In this document: positions 1 to 12,181 of the stretch, piece after piece
How positions within the stretch are numbered: the stretch's first letter is position 1
How the letters are laid out: the number at the start of each line of letters is the position of its first letter
Assembly: GCF_006345805.1 (NCBI RefSeq)
Contig: NC_042998.1
Span: 157,542,001-157,606,000, forward strand
DNA: 64,000 bases
Source of the DNA: Octopus sinensis
Taxonomy: Eukaryota
Direction: 5' to 3'
The notes under the pieces: generated by a model
Databases searched by the model: none
The model's input: only the letters and a program-made list of their open reading frames with translations
What the model was told of the DNA's origin: nothing
Position numbers and translations under genes: made by a program

Positions 1-830
1 ATCACCAAATTTTCTCTCTAGTTTTCTGAGGTCTTCCTGGTGTTGTGCGAATTTGTTTTCTGTGTTACATTTCATTACTACAATGATCAGTGAGATACAT
101 TATTGCAGGAATAAATTTTATTTTTTAATTTACATGTCCATGCTCATTAATGCTTTTTGTTTGAATCTCGATTGCATGGCTTCAGCTCTTTGTCATACAC
201 TAGTAATGTATTAGCTCTGATGTATATCAAAAGATTAATGGTTTCGTATGGTGCTTTCATACCTCTGGATTGTGTGGTCTTCAGATATTTGTTTGCTATT
301 TTGTTTACTGCCTTTAATTCTAATTTCTTGGGTTCTTTACTTATACTGGTGTTGTATGGCCTGTCATTCAAATTAAGGTTGTGGAACTGTTGAAATATAG
401 CATTTCAGATCACTTGTAAGGCATCCACAGGCTTTGGTGTTCTCCGGTTTGTACAGTTTAGGAATGGATTTCAGCTAAATAGTTGGTGTGTTGCTTACTG
501 CTAGATTTAGCCGATCGTTCTGTTTGTCCATCAGTGGAAGTGAGATGATTATCTTCAATGCTTTATAGTGCCAGCCTGCTTTGAATCAAATATTTCCGCT
601 AGATGTATCAATTTACATCTAATGATACGTTTTGCATGTTTCTTTAAATCTTTTGGGGAAAAAATTTAATTCTGCGTGATGGGGTAATCAACAAATTTTT
701 AAACTTTTACGTAAAACCGAACTTTGATGATCAGATTGTACATATGCTTCATATGTTTTTAAGAACCTTGGTCGTATACAATGATTATAGTCACGATTGT
801 AGTCACGATATTTGGTCGAAGGATATTTAT
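1..830 (-). mobile_element. Degenerate N-terminal (pre-RT) region of an R4/Dong-like non-LTR retrotransposon
   Basis: Minus-strand peptides AVNKIANKYL...ETINLLIY and AWTCKLKNKI...LERKFG resemble the N-terminal region of the Dong copy at 40-44 kb. Many stops and frameshifts. Confidence 0.4.
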
Positions 831-1304
831 ACGTTTAGCCATGATGATTTTGTTCATTGACTGACACAATCTCCTTTAAAAATTACAAGATTTTTTCCAG
901 AATTCAAAGTTGTGCATAGCTACTTTATACTTTCGTTTTAATGTTGTTTTTAATTCTACAATTGTATTTATGCTGCAATATATGTAGTATTCAAAACCCT
1001 AATATAAACATATTCGCATACAATTTTACCACACTACGTAGCTCAACTTTTCTAATATTTCATATGTTACCTTCATATGAACAGTAATTACACATGTCTA
1101 AGTATCGGACTGATCACAACGGTGTGTATGTACACACACACACATACACACACGCATTTAAATATATATATATATATATTACTGGATTGATCAGACCGGG
1201 CGTTGTTATACATCGTTGGTCACAATAAACTTCCTTGAATCGTTGAGCTTTCGAATGATATCACACCGCAGGAACGCAGGCATAGCATTCAGCTCAGTAT
1301 AATA

Positions 1305-2584
1305 TTAGGTCGTCAAGTATGAAATTTCTAGTGAGGTATATGGTAAACTTTGACAGCTGCTCATTTTACGCCATTATTATATTTTGCCAATCTTTATTTT
1401 TTCTTAGAAACCTGACACATCTATTTCTTTATTCTAACACATTTTGCGCTTTATAAAGTATTTATAAATAGTTTTATGCTATTTTTGTTTAGAGATGGAT
1501 AAGCCGGAAATTCGTACAGTTTTGAAATATGAGTTCTTTCTTGGAAATACATCATCACAGACTGCTCAGAATATTAATGGAGTATTTTATCCTAATGTTA
1601 TTACAAGCAGAGAGTATCAAATTGGTTTGCAAAATTTCGTTCTAGTAACTTTCACCTCACAAATGAGCAACGCGGTCGACCAGAAACAAACGTGGATAAT
1701 GACGAACTGAAAGCTACTGTCGCGTCAGATTCATCTTAAAGTGTCCGTGAATTAGTGTTGTTGTTTTGTGTTTGCAAACAAACAATATTAACCCACCTAG
1801 TTCAAATCGGTAAAGTGAAAAAGTTGGATAAGTGGGTTCCAAATGAACTCAATGAAAATCAGAAACAGCAACATTTGGAAGCCTGCATTATGCTAATTTC
1901 TCGTCACAAAAATGAATCATTTTTGAATCGAATTATAACATGTGATGAGAAATGGATCCAATGCAATAACCGGAGACGTTTAGCACAATGGTTGGAGAAA
2001 GACGAGCCACCAAAACGCAGTCCAAAAGCAAAATTCATCAAAAGAAGCTGATGGTGTGTGTTTGGTAGTCTGGCGTAGGTGTGATCCATTATGATTTCAT
2101 TAAACCTGGCTCATCAATCAAGACCGAAGAATACTGCCACCAGCTGGACCAAATGATTTAGAAACTTACAAAAAAACAGCCTAGATTAGTCAACAGAACC
2201 ACGCCTGTTTTTATAAGACAACGCCAGAGCACACATCGCAAAAAATGACATTGGCGAAACAACAGGATTTGGAGTTAGAAGTTCTCTATCAACCACTGAC
2301 GATGACAGGATTTGGAGTTGGAAGTTCTCTATCATCCACTGACGACCACTTCTTCCAGAATTTGGATAACGTTTTGATAGGAAAAAATTTATTCCGACGA
2401 TGCTGTATAACAGGCCTTACAAGATTTTATTGACTCTAGATTGCCAGGCCTTTACAGTTTCGGACTGGACAAGATACCGCTGAAATGGCAAAAGTGTATT
2501 GACAATATAGGTGCATACTTTGGTGAATAAGACTATTCCTTGTATTTATAAAACATTAGGAAACTTTTTTTCTTGACGACCCAA
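1305..2584 (+). mobile_element. Mariner DNA transposon, full length (~1.28 kb), transposase pseudogenised
   Basis: TIRs TTAGGTCGTCAAG.../...CTTGACGACCCAA flanked by TA. ATG at 1495 (MDKPEIRTVLKYEF), WVPNEL, IITCDEKW, DNARAH motifs. Frameshifts and a 43-bp internal duplication. Confidence 0.93.
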
Positions 2585-2611
2585 TATAATATATATATGT
2601 ATATACATATT

Positions 2612-2680
<69 letters not shown>

Positions 2681-2708
2681 TATATATATACACACACACA
2701 TATATACA
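2585..2708. repeat. (TA)n microsatellite
   Basis: Direct inspection. Confidence 0.95.
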
Positions 2709-2934
2709 GGGAGAGTGATAGAAAGGGATTGAGGGCTACATGAAGACTCATTGATAGAAACAAATTTTTACAAGAAGTTTGCAATTATGAAAATATTATT
2801 TAATCAAATTCAAAATCCATTCTAAGTCGGTTAGTTTAAACGTATTTATTTGTATATCGTCTCTAAACTCTGATGCAGACCCTCAAGTGAAGTAGGATAT
2901 ACATAACAATCACCGATTCTGATATTAATTTAAT

Positions 2935-3430
2935 TATGAACGCACAAAATCTACTTTTGAGCAAAAAATAATGGTCATTAACTTTTCGACATCGGTAGGA
3001 CAGGGCTGGAATAATAGATTTAATTGCTCTGTTTTTATATATGCTAAGCTGTGATATAGAAAAGCTAATATAGGACTATACAAGGATGAAGAATTAGCGG
3101 TAGAACACAAAAACAGTGGACGCGATATGAATATAATTAGGAAAAAATTCATTTCGCATGTTCCCACAACTTAGTGAAAAGTTTACCGTTTATACCAACC
3201 TTAAGACTGTAACCTACTTGAATATTAACATGCAAGTTGCTCAGATAAGTGCCGTCTCTTTTGAAAACCAAATGAAAAAATCATTTACATTAATAGAAGT
3301 TCGATGCGTCTAGCATCAGTTATGAAGCACATCACCAACATAATTAGTAAACGCATTTCACTCCCCTTATTTCAATGAAGCAATATCCTATACGGCTGTC
3401 CTGTACAAGATCATGCATTAGTGATGTAAA
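2935..3430 (+). mobile_element. Penelope-like (PLE) reverse transcriptase fragment
   Basis: IGLYKDEELAV...IRKKFI (LYRDD-type motif) followed by KPNEKIIYIN...KHI.NIISKRIS, typical of the PLE RT C-terminal part. Degenerate. Confidence 0.65.
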
Positions 3431-5181
3431 ACTTCAATGTGAGCATGAATTATATTGAACTCATCCTAATTAAACGCAAAAGGTGGAAGCGTAGAGAAAT
3501 GATAGTTTAATCTACCGTATTGTATGATCAGAGAAGAAAATATTGCTAGACGTATTCTCATACTAATCGATCTTCACTTTCCACATTCCTATAAATTTCA
3601 TGAAATATTTCATGTGTCACTTGCTCTATTTTTCAGCTTTCCTTTTCATAATGACAGTGCCGAAATTTGTTTCTAGCCAGATGAATTCTGGCATATTAAA
3701 CGTTATGTATCTTCCAGTCATCGTAAGTAGGTTTTACCATGTTTTAAACCCGGTTGAATAAACTATTTCTTCCTTCTGCCAAACCCGTTAACAGTCGATT
3801 TGTTAATCGCAGTGTCCTTCTTTGTTATTTTGTTAACATTAATGTTAGTAGTGATGGAGTTGGAGTTGGTAGTTGTAGTTGCATGGCTGCAATTTTTAGG
3901 TGTGTTCAAACGACAATTATTTTTTCGTCTTTCGGTTTCTTATTCTTATTTTTGTTGTTTATATTAAACTTGATATTTCATATTCATGATTGATTTTGTT
4001 GTTGCTATTGTTGGATTTCGTTTCGTTCGGCAATGATGGCAGTAATGTTTTGGTTAAGTGGGTAAATCTGTAAATTCACAACTTTGGCTTTCCGCTAAAA
4101 TCACAATGTATATTTTTATTTTAAATTCTAAATGGAATGAGTAAATTTCATTAAAATAATCGTAATTTTCAATCTGATTCGTAAAATGGCAAAGGAGATA
4201 AGATTTACAGAATCGTTGGAACCTTACGAAATACAAAACGGAAAAACATTTTAGCATTGGTTCTGGGGAGATAGTTAAAACAAAACTTACGAGTGATTCA
4301 GGGCAATTGGTTACTGACATTATAACAACAACAACAACAACAACTATAATCCAACAGACAGCTCTGAAGAGACAAGTCAAACAGCACCAAAAATTGTGAA
4401 GTCTAATCTAATACTTGGGCTACAACACTAAAATGATGTCAAGAAAAGTCCTTACTCTGGTAATAGCTGAAAACAAAAAATACACAAAGATAAACTGGTT
4501 AACAATTGCTTCAGTTACACCTAAAACCCAAGACAACTTAGTAATTATGAGGAAGAAGAGCTACAGCCACAATCAAACACATTTTCTTTCGATATATTCA
4601 AAGAAAACTACTTCTACAAAACCGAAAGTGTTGCTGCTTTCACATGAAGTTACACTAGAGGTTGTGCCAGCATTTTGAAATAGCATTAAAGGAGTGATAT
4701 AGATATGTACCACAAAGGTTTGAGAGAATCGCAGGTTAACACAGGCATATCTTGGCACATTACACTGGTATTTTTCGCCAGGAACACCAGGATTGGAAGT
4801 GCATCCTGACAGAATTAACAAGCCAATAAAATGCACACACACACACACACATATGTCTATGCTTTGTAGACGTAGCTACCGTTTGCGTTTAAGCGAAGCA
4901 GCGGAAATCCTTCTTAATAATAGAATAATAAAACATTCATGTACTCTTTATACAAAGAGGCCAGGACATTCAAATTTTATGGGAAACAATATAAGGTCAG
5001 TACCGATAATTAACAAGGCCTGTGCATTATATGTATGTCAATATGCATGTACACCTGCACTTACACTTGTGTGTATGCGTACACATACGTTTTTATCTTT
5101 GGATGTGAGTATAATTTTATGCGTATATGCTATATATGTACGTGGATATATGTATATGTGCATATATATATATAATTATAT

Positions 5182-5564
5182 ATAACTTATAAAATAAGGG
5201 CAAAAGAAAAATTCTAATGCCAAATATGCTGAAAAAAGACAAAATTGTCAATAACCATTATAATTTATGCGTCTCGAAACAAGCCGATAGAAATTTCTAA
5301 AAAATCTTAGGTCTGCTCAGGACTTAGTGCTTGCTTTTTCCATGGGTATGAGTAAGTATTTCATTTATGTCTTACGTATTTATCGCTGAGGAGGGGAAAA
5401 TTCTTATGAATTAATCCCGAAATTGGGACCAATACGGTAATAACGGATTTTTTAGAAATTTCTATCGGCTTGTTTCGAGACGCATAAAGGTTATTCACAA
5501 TTTTGTCTTTTTATCGGCATATTTGGCATTAGAATTTTTCTTTTGCCCTTATTTTATAAGTTAT
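5182..5564. mobile_element. Fold-back element: ~120-bp inverted arms (5182-5306 / 5446-5564) enclosing a hammerhead ribozyme; probably PLE terminal-repeat derived
   Basis: The arms are reverse complements with about 3 mismatches and one short indel. The spacer plus right arm recur in reverse orientation at 62827-63110. Confidence 0.85.
5375..5445 (+). ncRNA. Type I hammerhead ribozyme, intact core, AUA cleavage triplet
   Basis: CUGAGGA 5386-5392; stem II GGGG/UCCC plus AAUUC/GAAUU; GAAA 5419-5422; stem III AUUGG/CCAAU; cleavage after A5434; stem I 5375-5385 pairs with 5435-5445 (9 of 11 positions). Confidence 0.85.
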
Positions 5565-5651
5565 TTATAAATTTAACCTTTAAAGGTATTTTTTGATATG
5601 CTGGCCGTTGATAAACATTTTTTTCGAAAATATGTTATCCTACATTAGTTA

Positions 5652-5692
<41 letters not shown>

Positions 5693-6214
5693 GTATGTAT
5701 GTATGTATGTATATCCATGTATATATACGCTTATATATTAGTTTTCCAAAATTCCTGATATAAAATCGTATGCTGAAACATATATTGTTATATTTCGAGA
5801 GGGTCATTTTTTTTAGCCAAATAAACACACGCAATGCATATTCGTTCTTCGCTTCAACTTTATTATTGTTCTTATTTTAGTGTCATTTGTCTTAAATATT
5901 TCATCATACGCTCTGCGACCTCTTCAACGACTTTCCACCTGTTTCATCCTCTTTCATCCTGTTCCGTTTAGCTCATGTTGTCATTTTGTGGTGTGAACTA
6001 AACAGAACAGGAAGCGCCACGTGGGATGGAGAGTCGCCGATGAGGTGACAGAATGCGTGACGAAATATTCAAGATAAAGGACACTAAAAGAGGAATAGTT
6101 ATAACGCTAAAGTGAAGAACGAATATATAATGCGTGTGTTTTTTTGACAAAATAATGATCATCCCGAAGTAAAGGAATATATATATATATATACACACAC
6201 ACACATATATATAT

Positions 6215-6288
<74 letters not shown>

Positions 6289-6377
6289 ATATATGCTTAT
6301 ATATTCATGTGTACATTCATGCGTGTATGTATAAGTATATGTGTATATATTTATGGTTACATATGATGCGACTACGC

Positions 6378-6685
6378 TGCTTTCAAAGAAGAGCGCTCCT
6401 GGTGATCCGATCCATGGAACAACCTGCTCGTGAAATTAACGTGCAAGTGGCTGAGAACCTCACAGACATGAGTACAGTTAACGTAGTTCTCAGAGAGATT
6501 CAGCATATCACTGAATATGACTTGGCCGACCCTTCAAAATACAGACACTACTCATATTTGCCACCATAGTGAACTAGAGCAACGCGAAATAAAGTGTCTT
6601 GTTCAACGACACATCGCACCGCGGGAATTGAACTCGCGACCTTTACGATGGAGAGCCGAATAACATTACCACTAAGCTACGCGCC
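6378..6685 (-). mobile_element. tRNA-headed SINE
   Basis: Minus strand GGCGCGTAGCTTAGTGGT (A box) and GAGTTCAATTCCC (B box). The 3' body (CACTTGCACGTTAATTTCACGAGCAG) is shared with 56554-56906. Confidence 0.85.
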
Positions 6686-6708
6686 TTAATTGGCTATCTC
6701 TCTCTCTT

Positions 6709-6767
<59 letters not shown>

Positions 6768-8705
6768 GTTTATGTCTATGTGTATGCATATTTATATGTA
6801 CCTAAAGGTATGATTGTATATGTATATGCATATATATGCGTTCGTATGTGTATATCTATGCATGATTATTCACCGACGGCTTTGGGTGAATATATTCTTA
6901 AGGTCAAATTTTTGGTACTCGCGAGTCTTCATCACTAATTCAGTTCTCAACCAAGCTGAATGCATTTTTGTTATCAATGATGGTCCAGTCTTTCTCTTAT
7001 AGTTTGAGATCAAATAATTGAAATTTGGTTCATTATAAAAAAAGGTAGGTCAAAATATGTGAGGTCAAAAATGGGCGGTAAGGTAAAAAATTGACTTTGA
7101 ATGAAAAAAATCTCAGTTATTCTAAAAGTAAAGTAGTGATTAATTGGGTTTATAGCGAAAAAAGGGTAAGAAACCCCCAAACTGACTTCAAATAAAAAAA
7201 TATCTCGGTTATTGTAAAAGAAAGCTATAGAATACTTGTGTAATTAGCCAATCTTCTCAGCTGTTTTTACAGCTATACTGCATTCAATATTTGCCTCCGA
7301 TGAAAGAGCTCCATCAGAAGAATCTTATGCTGAAAACCTTTTCATAAAATTATTAACTACAAAAATTGTTGTGTGGCTTTGAATGACGTAGAAAGGTAAA
7401 AATCTTAAGAGATCAAAATATTTTTGTATTTTGGGGAGAAAAATAATCTTATCTGATATCAAATGAAAGAGTTCGTCGCGACGAAAGTTTTGCGGAAAAC
7501 CCCGTCTAAAAATATTAAGCAAAAGAATTATATTGAATTTTTGCGATTTCATATTAATTTTTATTATTCTGTTTATGCATTAAATTATGTACACATTAAA
7601 ATATATTAAAATAGAAAAATTACTCATTACAAAAGTTAATTATTAATTATTCAATTAGAATATAAAATCATTTCATAATAAAAATGATTTTAAAAACATA
7701 TATATTTGTAACAGATATGCTGCTATTTATCCTTTCTTACTTTTAGATTCAAACAAAATTTCTAAATATGAACAAAATCTGTATTTAAAAATTATTTACA
7801 TTAGTATCATTTTTTCAGTTATGATGATAAAAATATTTAATTCTACTAACTGAGGCGTTGCCTGGAATAAAGTGAACTAAAATGAAAAATGCGGGCTTAG
7901 AATCCTTCAATATTTAAAGCATTGAACCTTCAAAAGTATAGAACATAACAAAAAACTTCAAATATTCTTACTGAATATTTGCCAAATTTGCCGAATTAAT
8001 TTGTGACATTATTCATCAAATAGTGTGTGCAGAGTTTTGTTTTGTATTATTTTTGTTCCTTCTTGCAAGTTTTTTAAAAAGTTAAGTTAATAGTTTTGAT
8101 TTCAAATTTTCTTTGTACGAAGCTAAAACACTTCTGTCTTATTTGTTCGTATTATATTTTTAAAAAATCTTATTTTCTTAAGAAAACTCATTATCCAGAA
8201 CTTTCAAATCATAGATATTGTGGTAGAAAATTAACCTCATGTAGAAAATATGTAATTCAAAAGAGTAAAAAATATGGACATTTTTTTTAAAGAAACAAAA
8301 GAATTAATTTTTTTAAAGTTCGCTTTATCAGATAACAAAGTATTTTCTATTTAAGGTTAGAGAAATATTTTAAAAAACGAAAGCTAATTAACTTAGGGGT
8401 TATAATTGTTAATTTTGCATGCTGGTACTTTTTCCAAGTATGATTATATATGATTATGATTATATATTTTTATATATAATTATAAATCTATACCGCATAT
8501 ATATACACACATATAGAAATACATATACATATATATATTTTTAAGCTGGGTTGCAGATATACATATCAGGTTGAATCTACAAAATTCGGACGCAAGACTG
8601 ATCGACATGGGGCCATAGCAGAAAACATTTTCTCAAGGTCTCAGGCAGTGGGACCGAACCCAGAACCATGTCAAAGAGAGGCAAAGTCATTACCACATAG
8701 ACAAG

Positions 8706-8860
8706 TTTCTTCTTCTTCTTCTTCTTCTTCTTCTTCTTCTTCTTCTTCTTCTCCTCCTCCTCCTCCTCTTCCTCCTTCTTCTCCTCCTCCTCCTCTTCCT
8801 CCTTCTCCTCCTCCTCCTCCTCCTCCTCCTTCTTCTTGTTCTTCTTGTTCTTCTTCTTCA
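8706..8860. repeat. (CTT)n/(CCT)n microsatellite
   Basis: Direct inspection. Confidence 0.95.
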
Positions 8861-9336
8861 TTTTTAAACTTTTAATCTGCATGTTAGTTGCAGTTACTTG
8901 CAAAGACACACTCAGCACCCTGGAGCGAGTGAAAGATACGAGATGTTACAGTTTCACTGAGAGCGTGGGTAGGGGATGGGGCAAGTGCAGCAGCAAAATA
9001 TCTTCATATAATACAACACAGACATTTAAATTGATAGGGTTTTTCTAAGGACGTGGGCAGTACTTGTCAGCACAACCTTTTGGATTTCTCTGAGACATGG
9101 TTCTCCTGGGATATTATCTAGATGTTTCTGACATCCCTTTCTTATCATACCTAGGGCACTTACAATAACAGGAGCAGTTTTCGCTTTAAGGTGCCACATA
9201 TTTTTTATTTCAATTTCCAGGTGGTTATATTTACTTAATTTGTCAAAATCTTTTACAGGTATATTTTTTCAGTGGGAACACTGACATCTATTAGTCTACA
9301 AGTGTTTTCTTCCCTGTCTTCCAGGTCTAGTATCTA
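8861..9336 (-). mobile_element. R4/Dong-like 3' fragment (REL endonuclease C-terminus plus 3' UTR)
   Basis: LIDVSVP...KLSKY..LEIEIK.MW...VIVSALG...VLTSTAHVLRK, then a UTR ending in an (AAG)n tract. Confidence 0.85.
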
Positions 9337-9343
9337 AAGAAAA

Positions 9344-9344
<1 letters not shown>

Positions 9345-9387
<43 letters not shown>

Positions 9388-9416
9388 CAACAATAATAAT
9401 AATAATAATAATAATC

Positions 9417-9461
<45 letters not shown>

Positions 9462-9465
9462 TTAA
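9345..9465. repeat. (TAA)n microsatellite between two Dong fragments
   Basis: Direct inspection. Confidence 0.95.
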
Positions 9466-9473
9466 TGATAATA

Positions 9474-10410
9474 ATGCCAGTTGTAAAAGTTCACGGCCTC
9501 CATCTTTTCTTGGCAGATAAATTCGTTCTATATCTGCCTTAGGGTGGTGCATTCTATGCATTGTCAACAGTTTTCGTATTTTTCTGTCAAGATTACATAA
9601 TTCAGTAATTGACCAGTTAACGATATTGAAACTGTAAGTCACGACTGGTATAGCTAAAGCATTGATCGCTTCGATCCTGTTTCTCCCCTTCAGCTCTCTT
9701 GAGTATTGCTCTTACACTGCGATAACATTCTCTCCTGATCCTTTCCTTCATCACTGAATGCCTTATTTCATCCCCTTCAATTACTCCTAGGTATTTGTAG
9801 CTCTCCGCTGGGTCTAATTCTTTTATGATATTCTACTGGTCAACGTTAACGTTAGATGTTTCTGTTACTTTCCCTTTGATAAAGGTAGCTTTTGCACATT
9901 TATCGAGGCCAAATTGCATTCTGATGTCATCACCGAATTGTTTAACAATCGCTAGTAAGCCCTTGAGTTGTTGGTCATTTTTTACAAAGAGCTTTAAATC
10001 ATCCATGTAAATGAGATGATTTATATTTTTATCAAATATTTTATATCCGTACTGTGCATCATTTCGCAATTTTGAGAGAGGTATTAATGCTAAACAAAAG
10101 AGGAGCGGTGATAGTGAGTCACCCTGGAAAATGCCACATGAAATTTTTACATCACCAGCATTTAGAGATTCATTGTCATAGTTCAAAGTTAATGTGGTTT
10201 TCCGTGATCTCATACTTACAGACAAGATTTTTCGCAGAGTAGGCGCTATTTTATACAACTCCAGGCATTTCTTAATCCAGCTATGTGGTAGGCTGTCAAA
10301 AGTTTTTTTTTTGTAGTCTATCCAGGCTATTGACAAGTTTTTGTGTCGTTTGTGACAATCTTCTAAGATCATCTTATTGATGAGTAGCTGATCTTTACAA
10401 CCATAGAATC

Positions 10411-10411
<1 letters not shown>
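9474..10411 (-). mobile_element. R4/Dong-like RT fragment
   Basis: GCKDQLLINK...IAWIDYKK.FDSLPHSW...GIFQGDSLSPLLF...HLIYMDDLKL...FGLDKC. The 5' end abuts (TAA)n. Confidence 0.92.
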
Positions 10412-10474
<63 letters not shown>

Positions 10475-10739
10475 GTTGTTGTTGTTGTTGTTGTTACTGC
10501 TGTTATCATTATTATCATTTTCATATACACTCAACAGATTAGACTTATGGAAAAGAAAATATCCTAACATCGGTCTACAAGTAACCTTAGATGCCAAGAA
10601 CCCGCCAACGTATCCTAACTGTCCCTAATAACACTGTTTTCTGGAGCTGTACTAATCTGCGTTTCATGCTTATTTCCTCTATCCAACTCACTTATAATAA
10701 CTGGGATACATTTAACCCGCATTAGCAGTTTTTAATATA

Positions 10740-10802
<63 letters not shown>

Positions 10803-10943
10803 TTTTTCTGTCTTTCTTCCTTCCTTTCTTTCTTTCTTTCTTTCTTTCTTCTTCTTCTCCTCCTCCTCCTCCTCCTCCTCCTTCTTCTTCTTCTTCTTCT
10901 TCTTCTTCTTCTTCTTCTCCTCCTCCTCCTTCTTCCTTCTTCT
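10740..10943. repeat. Compound (CTTT)n/(CTT)n/(CCT)n microsatellite
   Basis: Direct inspection. Confidence 0.95.
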
Positions 10944-10952
10944 TAGTATTAT

Positions 10953-11194
10953 TGATTGAGAGTGCAGGGATAACATATACGAAGCCCAGTATACCCATCA
11001 TGACTACCAGTCTGAGCATATCGTCAGCAACTAAGGGACATGCTCAACTGGTAGGGTCAAACAACTGACAAACAAATCTGTGGTATTGAGCAGAATATTT
11101 ACTGTAGCCAATCTTTTATAGCAAGAAAAAACAATTTACATTATAACACTTCCAATCAGTTAAGATCAGAAGTCATAAGAGCAGCGTCAGGGCA
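10953..11194. mobile_element. Internally deleted copy of the non-coding repeat at 59461-60019
   Basis: Shares GAAGCCCAGTA(T/C)ACCCATCATGACTACC and ACTAAGGGACATGCTCAA...TTAAGATCAGAAG. About 300 bp of the middle is missing. Confidence 0.8.
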
Positions 11195-11200
11195 ATTTCT

Positions 11201-11204
11201 ATTA

Positions 11205-11290
<86 letters not shown>

Positions 11291-11307
11291 CATTATTATT
11301 ATTATTA

Positions 11308-11366
<59 letters not shown>
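11201..11366. repeat. (ATT)n microsatellite
   Basis: Direct inspection. Confidence 0.95.
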
Positions 11367-11369
<3 letters not shown>

Positions 11370-11783
11370 TAGTTTTATTTTTATTTTTATAGCGTGCTTT
11401 CACTTCACTACCGAGCGCAGCTCTGTGTGCCTTGGGTATGTGCTGTGATTTGTTGTGATGCTCTGATGGTTATTGTATGGAAAGTGTTCTGCGTAGGATG
11501 TGTGCAGTGCCTAGTAGTGCAATTTTCTGTATGTTATATGTGTTTGTAAGTCCTGGTGTTTTTGTTATGTATTTGTCTGAATATTTTTTTATCATGCCTA
11601 ATGCACCTACTATGATAGGAATTGTTTCTGTTTTCAGATTCCACATTCTAGTTACCTCTATTTCCAGGTCTTTGTATTTTGAGAGTTTCTCCATTTCTTT
11701 TAGAGACACGTTGTCATCTGCCGGTACTGATACATCAATTAGAAAGCATTTTTTTTCTTCATGGTCTCTGACAACTATATCTG

Positions 11784-11785
<2 letters not shown>
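11367..11785 (-). mobile_element. 5'-truncated Dong insertion with (TAA)n on both sides
   Basis: Open REL C-terminus PDIVVRDHEEKKCFLIDVSVP...GTAHILRRTLSIQ*. The 3' UTR GCTGCGCTCGGTAGTG..GTGAAAGCACG is shared with the copy ending at 44154. Confidence 0.92.
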
Positions 11786-11850
<65 letters not shown>

Positions 11851-11920
11851 CATCATCAACTTCATCATCATTACTATTGTTATTGTTATTATTATTGTTG
11901 TTGCTGTTGTTGTTGTTGTT

Positions 11921-12135
11921 AAAGCAGCCAGCTGCCAGAATTATTAGCACTCCGGACAATTTATTTAGCAGTATTTCGTCCCGCTTCACGTACTAAATTC
12001 AAATTCCACCGAGGTCGACTTTTCCTTTCATTCTTTTGTTGTCGATAAATTAAGTACCAGTGAAACACTTAGGTAATGTAATCGACTTGTCACCTCCCTC
12101 AAATCTCAGGCCTTTAGTAGAAATGATTAATATTA
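11921..12135 (+). mobile_element. tRNA-headed SINE (degenerate)
   Basis: AGCTGCCAGAA..TTAGCAC head, TTCAAATTCCACCGAGGTCGACTT, GTCGATAAATTAAGTACCAG body. Same family as 22016-22500. Confidence 0.75.
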
Positions 12136-12149
12136 TTACCAATACCACC

Positions 12150-12181
<32 letters not shown>

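Noticed and set aside
4360-4395. CUGAAGA-GAC/GUC-AAAAC hammerhead-like string
   Set aside because: G12 is missing and there is no stem III or cleavage triplet.
6600-6685. tRNA genes at SINE heads (also 19492, 26812, 37541, 44400, 56850)
   Set aside because: A and B boxes are present but there is no complete cloverleaf or acceptor stem, and each continues into a repeated SINE body.
6870-7520. Possible unclassified DNA-type repeat
   Set aside because: It looks repeat-like, but I could not define termini, a TSD or a second copy.
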